This document shows, piece after piece, positions 50,513-60,158 of a DNA stretch of 64,000 nt. The notes under the pieces were generated by a model, which worked only from the letters and a program-made list of their open reading frames with translations, made no database searches and was not told where the DNA came from. How positions within the stretch are numbered: the stretch's first letter is position 1; every line of letters starts with the position of its first letter. The DNA lies in NCBI GenBank assembly GCA_963675595.2, contig CAXXLZ010000002.1:3520001-3584000 (forward strand), written 5' to 3'. A program made the translations under genes and the position numbers. This stretch comes from Thermodesulfobacteriota bacterium. Its GTDB lineage: Bacteria; Desulfobacterota; Desulfarculia; JACQYL01.

Positions 50513-51363
50513 GGGTTCGGGGAGCGCGGGGAGAGGGGGCGTTCGATACGTACCTCTTCGATACGACGCGGGTCCGCGGATTGGATGATGAAAGTCAGGT
50601 CCTCGTAGATAATCTCCTCATTGGAAGCGGGAACGCGCCCGAAAAGGTGGATCAGAAATCCCCCGACGGATTCGTATTCTCCCTCGGGAAATTTAACCCC
50701 CAAGGAGTCTTCCAGGTCTTCGATGTCCGTTCTGGCATCTACGAGATAAGTGTGTTCGTCGATGGAGGAAATCATCTGGATGCTGGGATCGTGTTCATCG
50801 TGGATTTCGCCGACAATTTCCTCGATGATATCCTCGATGGTCGCCAGCCCGTCGGTGCCCCCATACTCATCGCTGATCACGGCCATGTGAGAACGGGAGT
50901 CCATGAGTTCCTTGAGTAATTCGTTGATTTTCTTGCTTCCGGGAACAAAAAACGGCGGCCGCTGAACTTCGGAAACGATTTGTTCGTCCGCGTTCCTTCC
51001 CCAGCAGCTCAGAAGGTCCTTCACATGGAGTATGCCTTGGATATTATCGAGGTTTTCTCGATAAACGGGATAGCGGGAATGGCCGTACTGATTGGCCAGG
51101 TCGATGATATCCTGGATGGTGGCGTTTTCAGGTATGCCGATGATATCGGTCCGCGGAACCATGATCTCGCGGGCATCCGTTTCCGCAAGTTCAAGGACTC
51201 CATGGATCATATCTCCCTCTTGGAGGGAGATGAGGCCGCGTTCTTCCCCAGCGTCGATCAGTTCCTGTATTTCCTGCTCAATATCGGTGGATCGGTTGAA
51301 CCGTCGCCGACCCAGGTAACCAATCAAACGCTGAAATATCGAAGGGTGTCCGTCGTCGTCCAA
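50509..51363 (-). CDS. CorC/HlyC-family CBS-domain protein (start uncertain)
   Basis: REIMVPR, GHSRYPV, DEYGGTDGL.TIEDIIEEIVGEI.DE. Confidence 0.9.
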   Translation of the reverse strand: MDDDGHPSIFQRLIGYLGRRRFNRSTDIEQEIQELIDAGEERGLISLQEGDMIHGVLELAETDAREIMVPRTDIIGIPENATIQDIIDLANQYGHSRYPVYRENLDNIQGILHVKDLLSCWGRNADEQIVSEVQRPPFFVPGSKKINELLKELMDSRSHMAVISDEYGGTDGLATIEDIIEEIVGEIHDEHDPSIQMISSIDEHTYLVDARTDIEDLEDSLGVKFPEGEYESVGGFLIHLFGRVPASNEEIIYEDLTFIIQSADPRRIEEVRIERPLSPRSPNP

Positions 51364-51418
51364 CTGTGGGTCTCTCAGTATAAATTTGGGCCGATGATAG
51401 GAACAAACTATTGAGCTG

Positions 51419-51874
51419 TCAAATAATTTTGGTCGGCACGACCGATTCGAATCGTTCCAGTCCCTGGCGGATGATCTTCCGGGTGTATTCGGGCAGGGAA
51501 TATCGTTCCATGTCTTCGGGATGTGCCCACTCCGCACGATCCACGTCGTCGGCGGGGCTGGGGTCTCCGGATTCCCAGCGGGCGACGAATTCGGCGATGA
51601 CGTAGTGAAACTGAATCCTCCCGACGGGGTCCCGGAGAATTCTCTCCACGAAGGTGAGGAGTTCCAAAGGACGAGCGATCACCGAGGTTTCCTCCAGAAC
51701 TTCCCGCGCCAACGCTTCCGAGAGGGTTTCCCCCAGCTCGACGGCTCCCCCGGGGATGGACCAAACGCCCATGGAAGGCTGCTTGCCTCTGCGAACCAGG
51801 AGCACTCTGCCGGCAGGCTCCACAACGACGCCCGCCACGGATACAACGGGTTGATCGGGATATTCTCTCTTCAC
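51419..51874 (-). CDS. NUDIX hydrolase
   Basis: Nudix box GGAVELGETLSEALAREVLEETS. Confidence 0.92.
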   Translation of the reverse strand: MKREYPDQPVVSVAGVVVEPAGRVLLVRRGKQPSMGVWSIPGGAVELGETLSEALAREVLEETSVIARPLELLTFVERILRDPVGRIQFHYVIAEFVARWESGDPSPADDVDRAEWAHPEDMERYSLPEYTRKIIRQGLERFESVVPTKII

Positions 51875-51895
51875 TCCTTCACCTCTTCTTTCGAG

Positions 51896-52939
51896 CTAGG
51901 CTTGGACCGCTCTGCGCACATCCTCCACGTCCCCCATAACAATCAGTACATTGCCCGCCTCAAGCGGAGTGGAACCCGGCGGGTTGAAATCCATGCTTCC
52001 TCCCCGATTTTTCTGGAAAGCCAATACCATGAGCCGATAATTCTCGGAGAAGGCACACTCGGAAATGCGCTTGCCCTCGAAGGACGAGCCCTCCTTGATG
52101 GGGACTTCCTCGATCCGAACGGTCCCCTGGGCGCTTCGGATCATCTTGTCGATGAAATCCACGGCGGAAGGGCGGATCATTTCCGAGGCGATGCGTAATC
52201 CTCCAATGGTATTGGGAGAGACCACGGCATCCGCTCCGGCTCTCCTCAGTTTGGGCTCGATACCCCGTTCGGAGAATTTTGTCACGATGCGCAACTGTGA
52301 ATTGAGCATGCGAGCGCTCATGGTGACGAAAAGATTGTCCTTATCCGAGGGCAGGACGGAGATCAAGCCGGAAGCCCGCTGAACCCCGGCCTGGGTGAGA
52401 ACGTGATCGTCCGTGGCGTCTCCCCGAACGTACCGAAAAACCGCCTTGCCCGCGCTTGTGTCTCCGTGCTCTTCTCGATAAATTTCTTCCACGTTGCGTA
52501 ATCGCTCTTCGTCCAGGTCCACGGCCACCACCTCGTTCCGGTTCTTCAACAATTCCTCCAAGGCCCTGACGCCCGTGTCCCCCAGTCCGCAAACAATGAA
52601 ATGGCGGTTCATCTTGTCGATTTGCTGTTGCATGCGCTTTCTCCGAATGAATCCCGAGAAGTGGCCTTCCACGATGAATGCCGTGAAAGTGCCGGCGGCA
52701 TAGACCAGGATCCCCATGCCGAAAACGATGAGCACCATGGTGTAGATTACGGCCGGTACGCTGCCGGTTACCGGAACCACCTCTCCATAACCCACGGTGG
52801 TCAGTGATATCACCGTCATGTACAGACAGGCCAGGAAGGACTGCTCCCCCCGGAAGAGGGCGAAGTACCCCGCGGAGCCCAGCAGTACCACAAGGGCCGG
52901 CCACATGAGTACGCGGAAAAGCTGCTTTCGATGGAACAT
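51896..52939 (-). CDS. Potassium channel with RCK (TrkA-N/TrkA-C) domains
   Basis: Selectivity filter TTVGYGE, CGLGDTG, GDAT, RRAGAD. Confidence 0.92.
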   Translation of the reverse strand: MFHRKQLFRVLMWPALVVLLGSAGYFALFRGEQSFLACLYMTVISLTTVGYGEVVPVTGSVPAVIYTMVLIVFGMGILVYAAGTFTAFIVEGHFSGFIRRKRMQQQIDKMNRHFIVCGLGDTGVRALEELLKNRNEVVAVDLDEERLRNVEEIYREEHGDTSAGKAVFRYVRGDATDDHVLTQAGVQRASGLISVLPSDKDNLFVTMSARMLNSQLRIVTKFSERGIEPKLRRAGADAVVSPNTIGGLRIASEMIRPSAVDFIDKMIRSAQGTVRIEEVPIKEGSSFEGKRISECAFSENYRLMVLAFQKNRGGSMDFNPPGSTPLEAGNVLIVMGDVEDVRRAVQA

Positions 52940-53059
52940 CAGGGACCGTCCCCGGGCAAGCCGAAGGTTCCGAATCGTTCCGAATTCGTCCGACAGGGAA
53001 TCCAACGAATGCGGGTGGTTGAATTCTCCCTTTTGCAGAGCAAAGGGAGGAACGGCATG

Positions 53060-54187
53060 TTAACGGGGATCCTTTCGGTAAACACCCATGATCTCATTCA
53101 AAGCTCTGCCCGGAGTCAAAGGAGTGAGCCCAGGGTAGTCCGGGACAATACGATCCAAGCCGTATACGAGGAATACAGCGTCCTCTTTGGCCGATTTCGC
53201 GATTTTCTCGGCGAAAACGTCGTGGAGAGTGAAATGCGTGTAAAAGAGGTCCACGTCTTCGAAGGCATACCCTGTTTGAGCCTTCATCCGCCGGTAAGTG
53301 TCGTCCGCGAGTGAGTCTCCGGCCAGCAAACGGATTCTTGCCGGTGGGAGAGGGAGTCCCTTGGCCTTCAGCGTTCGGGAGACCTCTTCGAGCAGGTGTT
53401 GATTCGTCGAGAGCAGATCTTCGTCGATCTCAACGCCCAGAGACGCTCGGGTCCAGTAACTCATGAGCACATTCACCCTACCGTCGGCGCAACCGAGGTC
53501 GCAGAAGACGGTGCGCGACGGTGTCAGAACGTCCATCTCCACCAATGCGGGCAAACACTCCGAAAGTCTGGCGAGGTCGGTGGATTTGTAATTGCCCAAG
53601 TTTCCGCTGGTTCCGACCTTTTTCCCATCGTAGAAATTCCGGACGGCTTCCAGCGCCTGGGGAAGCAGCCTTTCTTCCAGGAGCTTGAGCCGTCGAACGA
53701 GTTCTTCGTGAATCACAAACTGGAGGTCGAGCTCGCGTGACGTGGTTTCCTGCAAGTGAACGAGGTCATGGTGGCTGAGGGCTTGCTTGATTCTCTCACA
53801 GAGATAGTTAACGCAGAGCACCGCTCGAGCCGGCAAAGTGCAGCCGGAAGCACCCAAGAAACGACAGGACCTGGAGTCGGGGGGGGCCGGCGTGGGAGTC
53901 GTTCCCATGAGGAGGTTGAGCAAAAGCAGGATCGAATCGTACTTGTTCTCAATACCGTCTCCGCAACAACTGCCGCCCAATTCGGCATCGCATTCGGCGC
54001 AGATCCGCGACACGCCGAGTTCACGCATGGTGTCGGAGGAGACTTGAACGGCGGAGCGATAGGTGTCGATCAGTGCGGACAATTTCGGGTCCGACAAGAA
54101 AAAATCGCCGTATCGTTCCCAAAGGTCCAAGGCCAGGGAGGTCTTGGATTCGATGGAGCCGCTGAATTGATTTCGATGAAGGACCAT
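53060..54187 (-). CDS. Fusion of a Cys-cluster (YkgJ/CxxCxxCC-like) domain and a class I SAM methyltransferase
   Basis: CAEC-x6-CCG...CRFL...GC-x8-C-x4-C, then FCDLGCADG, GVEID, AGDS. Confidence 0.65.
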   Translation of the reverse strand: MVLHRNQFSGSIESKTSLALDLWERYGDFFLSDPKLSALIDTYRSAVQVSSDTMRELGVSRICAECDAELGGSCCGDGIENKYDSILLLLNLLMGTTPTPAPPDSRSCRFLGASGCTLPARAVLCVNYLCERIKQALSHHDLVHLQETTSRELDLQFVIHEELVRRLKLLEERLLPQALEAVRNFYDGKKVGTSGNLGNYKSTDLARLSECLPALVEMDVLTPSRTVFCDLGCADGRVNVLMSYWTRASLGVEIDEDLLSTNQHLLEEVSRTLKAKGLPLPPARIRLLAGDSLADDTYRRMKAQTGYAFEDVDLFYTHFTLHDVFAEKIAKSAKEDAVFLVYGLDRIVPDYPGLTPLTPGRALNEIMGVYRKDPR

Positions 54188-54303
54188 TTGGAATTTGCTC
54201 GTTTATTCGGATTCCATCGGAAGAGGAAAAGGAGTGATGGAGATCGAGAGATTTCGTCGGAATAACAGTCCTGAGCTTCTCCGTCGGGCTCGAACGCCCG
54301 GTT

Positions 54304-54849
54304 TCATTTGGCGCCGGATTTCTTCTTCAGGTCCGATTTCAAGAGGTGGACACCCGCCTTATTCCAGAAATCGTACACACAGTGGCGCAGTACGGTGACC
54401 GGTGCTCCGTTCTTCAGCTTGACGACTATTTCATATCTGCTGAATTCGTCCACCAACCCACGTATCAGTTCCCCTTCCAGTGTTTGCAGGAAGACCACTT
54501 CACGGTTTTTCATGAGTGGAAACAGCGTCTTGTTCTTAATGTGGCGGCGGCGCGCCTTTTCCTCGATGGGGGGATGCAATATCTTCTCATCTCTTTTGAT
54601 GAGTTTGGTCACCAAAGACTCTTTGGATTCGGGGTACAAGTATTTGATTTCGACTTTTCGGATCCCTTGTTCGCCCAGAGAAACGTCCTCGACGGTCACA
54701 TCGTACTTCTCATTTTTTTTGATGATCCCGCGAAACGTTTTGAGTCCGTGGCAATACAGAATCCAAACCTCGCCCGAGGACAACGCCTGATCGAACGCGG
54801 AAGCCTCGTAGTGAGATTCCAGGTATGTTCTCAGTTCTCCGACATCCAT
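54304..54849 (-). CDS. Hypothetical protein with two tandem Sm/Hfq-like domains
   Basis: The second half aligns by eye with Hfq Sm1/Sm2; the first half is a weaker copy. Confidence 0.6.
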   Translation of the reverse strand: MDVGELRTYLESHYEASAFDQALSSGEVWILYCHGLKTFRGIIKKNEKYDVTVEDVSLGEQGIRKVEIKYLYPESKESLVTKLIKRDEKILHPPIEEKARRRHIKNKTLFPLMKNREVVFLQTLEGELIRGLVDEFSRYEIVVKLKNGAPVTVLRHCVYDFWNKAGVHLLKSDLKKKSGAK

Positions 54850-55122
54850 TCTCGGTTTTCCCCGCTTGTTTGTGTATTCTATGCATAGAGAATTCTTCGC
54901 CGCATTTCAAGCGCCGTGGGATTCTATGGTCGAGGCGTTGCCTTAGGGGTTTATCCTCCTTGGAATTCCTGCTAAGAGATTCCCGGTCCGGATGAGGTCG
55001 GAGACACGATGTCCGCTTGCTCGGCGGATCGCCTCCCGGTGAGATCGTTACTTGGGTGGAGACGTTTGGGAGATGCCGGAGGGCGGAACCCCGGACGTGA
55101 AATTTCGAGAAAGGAATCGGCC

Positions 55123-56409
55123 ATGGACGACTTGAAAAAGGCTTACCACACTATTGTTAAGGATCATTTCCCCGACCGTATCACCATGGAGTTCGGAGGT
55201 AAGACCCTGGTTTATGAGAAGCACGTGTGGAAGATCAAGGATGAGTCCACCGGGGAACTGGTGCAAAGAGGATTACGCTACGGGGAGAACCCGGGGCAGG
55301 AAGCGGCCTTGTATCGTCTTGTCAACGGCAATCTGGTCTTGGGGGACTGCGGTTTCATCGGGCCGGGGAGGGGACTGGTCAGCGACATCTCCGAAGAAGA
55401 CATGCTCCAATTCGGCAAGCATCCGGGCAAGACAAACCTGACGGATATAGACAACTCGTTGAATATCCTGAAGTTCTTGATGGATCGTCCCTGCACGGTC
55501 ATCGTCAAGCACAACAACCCGTGTGGAGTGGCCTGGGGCGCCGATTTGGCCGAATCCTACGAAAAGGCCAACATGGCCGACAGGATCGCGGCATTCGGTG
55601 GGTGCGCGGCGTTCAATCGTGAGGTGGACCGGGAAACCGCCCGTCTGGTGGCGGAAAACTACCTTGAAGTGGTGGCTGCGCCCGAGTTCAGTGGAGACGC
55701 CTTGGACCTTCTCAAGAAACGTCCCAATCTGCGCATCGTCCGAATCGGAAGGATCAATGATTTGAAGGACTACGTGACAACGCGTTTCCTGGATTTCAAG
55801 AGCCTGATGGACGGGGGCGTCATTATTCAGCAATCGGCTGTGAATACGGTCCTTTCGGCTTCGGATTTCAAGCCGGCCCGGGCCGCTCATGAAGGGAAGG
55901 AATACGGTATCGCGCGTCAACCCACCGAAGAGGAGCTCTCGGACCTGCTCTTCGGTTGGGCCGTCGAGCAGGGAGTGACCTCCAATTCGGTGCTCTATGT
56001 GAAGAACGGAGTCACCGTGGGCATCGGAACCGGGGAGCAGGATCGCGTGGGAGTGGCGGAAATCGGGGTGTTCAAGGCCTACACCAAGTATGCAGACGCC
56101 CTATGTTTCCGGACGTTCGGCATTCCCTACAAGGACCTCGAGCTGGAGGTCGCTCGAGGAACCCGAGCCAAGACGGATCAGGAACGAATCGATGCCGAGA
56201 CGCGTGAACATCGGGGAGGCTTGATCGGTTCTTCGATGGTGTCGGACGCGTTTTTTCCTTTTCGGGACGGTGTGGACGTGGGCCTAAAGGAAGGAGTGCG
56301 CGCCGTGGTACAGCCGGGTGGATCGCTGAGGGACTACGAGGTGATCGAAGCGTGCAACGAGGTCGGTGCGACCATGGTGTTTACCGGTCAACGGGCCTTC
56401 AAACACTAA
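55123..56409 (+). CDS. PurH-like AICAR formyltransferase/IMP cyclohydrolase (short form)
   Basis: LRYGENPGQ, VKHNNPCG, SNS, SDAFFPFRD, QPGGSLRD, FTG.R.FKH; no N-terminal MGS-like domain. Confidence 0.9.
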   Translation: MDDLKKAYHTIVKDHFPDRITMEFGGKTLVYEKHVWKIKDESTGELVQRGLRYGENPGQEAALYRLVNGNLVLGDCGFIGPGRGLVSDISEEDMLQFGKHPGKTNLTDIDNSLNILKFLMDRPCTVIVKHNNPCGVAWGADLAESYEKANMADRIAAFGGCAAFNREVDRETARLVAENYLEVVAAPEFSGDALDLLKKRPNLRIVRIGRINDLKDYVTTRFLDFKSLMDGGVIIQQSAVNTVLSASDFKPARAAHEGKEYGIARQPTEEELSDLLFGWAVEQGVTSNSVLYVKNGVTVGIGTGEQDRVGVAEIGVFKAYTKYADALCFRTFGIPYKDLELEVARGTRAKTDQERIDAETREHRGGLIGSSMVSDAFFPFRDGVDVGLKEGVRAVVQPGGSLRDYEVIEACNEVGATMVFTGQRAFKH

Positions 56410-56439
56410 CGGCCGATACGCGGTCGCCCGTTTTTTGGG

Positions 56440-56478
56440 TCGGAGGGAACCCTGTAAGGGTTCCCTCCGTTGTTTTTT
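56440..56478. terminator. Hairpin terminator between the convergent purH-like and ctpA genes
   Basis: cggagggaaccc-tgtaa-gggttccctccg followed by a T-run. Confidence 0.7.
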
Positions 56479-56496
56479 GGATTGCGATCCTTCCGA

Positions 56497-57870
56497 TTAC
56501 TCGTGAGGTCTGTTCTCCAGCTTGCTGAAGATATTCCACGCTCTGAGCAGTTCCACGGCCCTAGAAAGCTGGTTGTCCTCCGCTTCCTCGGCTTCCGGTT
56601 GAGGAGACGCTTCCTCATCCGATAGGTTGGAGTCTTCTTCTTGGACGTCCTGCTTCTCCGGCTGCTCGGATTCCGTGGAATTCTCCAGGTGCCTGAGCAA
56701 GTCCTTTTCCCGAATGAATTTCCGTTTCTTCTCGGCTTCCTGGTCCGGAGCTTTTCGGATCATTTCCACAAACACATCGGGCGTAATTCCTTTCGCCTGG
56801 ATGGAACGATCGCCCGGGGTATAGTACAGAGCGGTGGTGAGGCGTAATCCGGAGTCGTCGTCCAATGGAATGATGGTCTGCACGGAGCCTTTTCCGAAGG
56901 TCGAAGTCCCCATGATAATGGCGCGCTTATGATCCTGCAGGGCGCCGGCGACGATTTCGGAAGCGCTGGCGCTGCCTTGATTGACCAGAACCACTACTGG
57001 AAGGTGCTTGGGAACCAGGATTTCTTCATCGGCGTAGAAGTGAACATTCTGATTCTGAACGCGGCCTTTCGTGTAGACGATGACCCCGTCCGAAAGAAAC
57101 GCGTCGCTGACCTTCACCGCCTGATCCAACAGTCCACCGGGGTTGTTTCTCAGGTCCAGGACCAAGCCGTTGTAGAGCTTTTCATCCAGCTTGAGTTCCT
57201 TGACGGCCTCCGCCAACTTGTCGTAGGTGCGGTCTTGAAACGCCAAAATCCGGATGTAGGCGATGTCGTCGCCGACGGTTTTCCACTTGACGCTTTGCAC
57301 ACGGATGATGTCCCGTACTATGGGAATCGTCAGCAGTCGGGTTTCCCCTTCGCGGAGAATGGTCAGGACCACCTCTTGCCCGCGCGGACCTCGAATGAGT
57401 TTCACCGCATCGGTAAGGCTCATATCTTTGGTGATCTTTCCGTCGATTTTGATGATCTTGTCTCCGGCTTTCATTCCGGCTCGGAAAGCGGGAGTGTCTT
57501 CGATGGGGGAAACCACGGTGAGCACCCCGTCACGGACGGTGATTTCGATCCCGATGCCCCCGAACTCCCCTTTGGTTTCGATGCGGAGTTCCTTATATTC
57601 GTCGGGAGGAAGAAACGCGGAGTGGGGATCGAGTATTCGCACCATACCCTGGATCGCCCCATATATGAGATCCTCGGGCTTCTCCTCGTCCACGTACTTC
57701 TGCTCGATCTCGTTGAGCACCGACGTGAATATCTTGAGCTTTTCGTAGGTATCGTCGGACCCGGAGCCGGCTCCGGACACCCCTCCTTCGGGTATGGTGA
57801 GGAAAAAGGCCAGAGCAATGACCGTGGCGATCACCGGCGTTACGATTTGCCAGAGTTTTTCAAACTTCAT
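56497..57870 (-). CDS. ctpA: S41 carboxyl-terminal processing protease
   Basis: LDPHS, PDZ GIGIEI, DLRNNPGGLL, SASASEIVAGALQD, TFGKGSVQ. Confidence 0.95.
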   Translation of the reverse strand: MKFEKLWQIVTPVIATVIALAFFLTIPEGGVSGAGSGSDDTYEKLKIFTSVLNEIEQKYVDEEKPEDLIYGAIQGMVRILDPHSAFLPPDEYKELRIETKGEFGGIGIEITVRDGVLTVVSPIEDTPAFRAGMKAGDKIIKIDGKITKDMSLTDAVKLIRGPRGQEVVLTILREGETRLLTIPIVRDIIRVQSVKWKTVGDDIAYIRILAFQDRTYDKLAEAVKELKLDEKLYNGLVLDLRNNPGGLLDQAVKVSDAFLSDGVIVYTKGRVQNQNVHFYADEEILVPKHLPVVVLVNQGSASASEIVAGALQDHKRAIIMGTSTFGKGSVQTIIPLDDDSGLRLTTALYYTPGDRSIQAKGITPDVFVEMIRKAPDQEAEKKRKFIREKDLLRHLENSTESEQPEKQDVQEEDSNLSDEEASPQPEAEEAEDNQLSRAVELLRAWNIFSKLENRPHE

Positions 57871-58062
57871 GTCTTCCTCTCGGCATGCGGTTGAGATGGT
57901 AGCGGTTGAAGATCGACAGAGAAAAGCTCATTGCCCGCGGGTCCGGGACAACGGTTCGTCCTCGACCTGCTTTCACCGTCCGGCGGGCCGACGAAGGCGG
58001 TGCGCCCCGGCACCTCATCTACTCCCGACGTCCCACCGTCGGCGCCGCTCCCGCCAGGGCGG

Positions 58063-59463
58063 TCATTCGAGCAGGCCCATGGCGGCCTTCAACTGAGCGA
58101 GTGAGATGTTGTAGTCGTACAGCGCATTATAATAATTGTCCTGAGCCTGGGACAACAGCGTCTGAGCATCCAGAACCTCGGTGTTCGTGGTCACCTGCTC
58201 CTTATATCGTTCCGAAGCCATACGCAGGTTTTCCTCGGCCTGATCAATCGTGGTCTGGGTGACGGGAATGTTTTTTTCAGCCACCCTTAGATCCAGGAAC
58301 GCATTATTGATCTCGAGGGCCACGGCTTCCCGTACCTGTTTTTCGATCTCCTTGCTCTGTTTGACCCGGACCTTCTTTTCGGATGTGTCGTAGAAGGTCC
58401 GCCCCCACTCCCAGAATGTCCATTCCAGCCCCGCGATGAACGACCAGTCTTCCGCGTCTTCGTAGTCCGACCCGTCCACGGTCCACTCGTCGCCCTTCCT
58501 TACATAATCGAACATCACGGAAAGGTTGGGATAGTAATCGGCTTCAGCTAATTTTACGTTCTTCTCGGCCACATCGATTCCCAACTCCGCGCGACGGATA
58601 TCGGGGCGAAGGTCGAAAGCCTGGTCGAGGCACTCCCGGAAAGACTTGTCGAACGGGTTGTATCTCAGCAAATCCAAAACTTGGGTCTTCGCCTCCACGG
58701 GAAAGCGAAGCAGGTTGTTCAGCTGGGCCCTGCGAACCTCGATAAGGTTCTCCGCTCTGGTCAAGTTGTGACGCGCGTTGGCGGCTTCGACCTCGGCCTT
58801 CAAATAGTCGTTCTTGGGCGTCATGCCCACTTCATAGAAGTCTTTGGCCATCTTGGCTTGGGCTTCGAAGCCCTTGACGGCGGTTTGTGCGACGATGAGT
58901 CCCTTTTCGGCCCGAAGGAGATTGTAATAGACCTGTTTCGCACTGAAGATAAGTTCGAGCTTCTTAATTTCCAAAGATGCCTTGGCTACGTCGATACCGA
59001 GTTTGGCCAGATCGAAGGAGGTCAGTATGCGAAACCCGGTGAACAGGGGTTGCGTCAGGGTGGTTTCCCAATTCCAATTATTAATGGTTCCGGTTTGGAT
59101 TTCGCCCGGCATCGAAGGCAGGGAGAAGCTTTCAAGCACCGGAGTCTCATTGAGACGCGTGTAGCTGTATTGGGTTTTCGCTTTGAAAAAGAATTCGGAC
59201 CGGGCGACCTTTTTCTGAGCGTGAGCGGCCTCGATTTCGTCGCGAGCCACCAGAATGTCCGGATTACGATCAAGTACGATGCGAATGCAGTCTTGCAGAG
59301 ACAGGGGCCCCGACGTTGAAGCGGCGTCGGCCCCTGAAATACCCGGGTCCTGCTGCCGAACATCGCCGGAAGTATCCCCCGCGGGTGGTTCGATGGAAAA
59401 AACCGGTAACGGTATCAGGCAGACAAGCAGAAAAATAATCATGGGAATTCGCACGAAAGTCAC
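58063..59463 (-). CDS. TolC-family outer-membrane efflux protein
   Basis: Signal peptide, LSLQDCI...NP, QPLFTG, YYNLL, EVLDAQ OEP repeats. Confidence 0.92.
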   Translation of the reverse strand: MTFVRIPMIIFLLVCLIPLPVFSIEPPAGDTSGDVRQQDPGISGADAASTSGPLSLQDCIRIVLDRNPDILVARDEIEAAHAQKKVARSEFFFKAKTQYSYTRLNETPVLESFSLPSMPGEIQTGTINNWNWETTLTQPLFTGFRILTSFDLAKLGIDVAKASLEIKKLELIFSAKQVYYNLLRAEKGLIVAQTAVKGFEAQAKMAKDFYEVGMTPKNDYLKAEVEAANARHNLTRAENLIEVRRAQLNNLLRFPVEAKTQVLDLLRYNPFDKSFRECLDQAFDLRPDIRRAELGIDVAEKNVKLAEADYYPNLSVMFDYVRKGDEWTVDGSDYEDAEDWSFIAGLEWTFWEWGRTFYDTSEKKVRVKQSKEIEKQVREAVALEINNAFLDLRVAEKNIPVTQTTIDQAEENLRMASERYKEQVTTNTEVLDAQTLLSQAQDNYYNALYDYNISLAQLKAAMGLLE

Positions 59464-59613
59464 TCCATTGAACTCGCTGATCGCCGTAGAGACGGTGGTC
59501 CGGTCAAGCTAAATGAGAAATCGGTGCCGACTCGAAAGTAAGAAGGAAAAAAAAGGGGCCTCACGTTCCCTGATCATTTTTCTCAATTTCGCAGTGTAAG
59601 GCCGTTCGGTCGA

Positions 59614-59642
59614 ATTATGTCCGAGGGGATTTTCCCGGTCAA
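59614..59642 (-). promoter_or_regulatory. sigma70-type promoter for tolC (TTGACC-N17-CATAAT)
   Basis: Near-consensus hexamers with a 17-bp spacer. Confidence 0.55.
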
Positions 59643-60158
59643 GTCCCTTTCCCATATCCCCGAAAGTGCCGCTGCCGAGCGCAAGGAATGTCCGGTCTTT
59701 TGGGAATTCCGTTCTTTGGGAATAGAAGTCGGTTCCGCGTCTTTGACGGATGCACGAGGTATCGCAGGCCGTGCTCGACTCCAGTTAAGACCGGCATAAG
59801 CCGTCATGCGGTGCGCCGGCGGGGAAGCGCGGGCCTTAATTTGGTGTCGAGTAGGCTCCGGGTATTGGATTTGCTTTGACGACGGCTTGGGGTGAGTGTA
59901 ATTTTGAGAAATGTAAAGTTCCCGCTCTTTTTCGGATACCTCTAAAAAAATAAGAAGCCTGAACACATACTTGAGCCGGCTCCGAATCGATTCGGCTTTC
60001 AGCTGGGTTTCGTTCGAATCGACGGAGTCGTCTTGGATTGAGAGGGAAAATAATTCCTTCATACTTCACAAATTCATGAATTTTGGTGGGCCGGCATGTA
60101 AGGACCGAAAATCATAATAGGGTGAGTGATGCCAACGCAAGAGGGCAAGGGGGACGCC

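Noticed and set aside
54900-55122. ZMP/ZTP riboswitch upstream of the purH-like gene
   Set aside because: I could not find the conserved GACTGGCG...GCCTGGGC elements
59583-60062. 159-aa minus-strand ORF
   Set aside because: No recognisable motif, and it overlaps the predicted tolC promoter; probably non-coding
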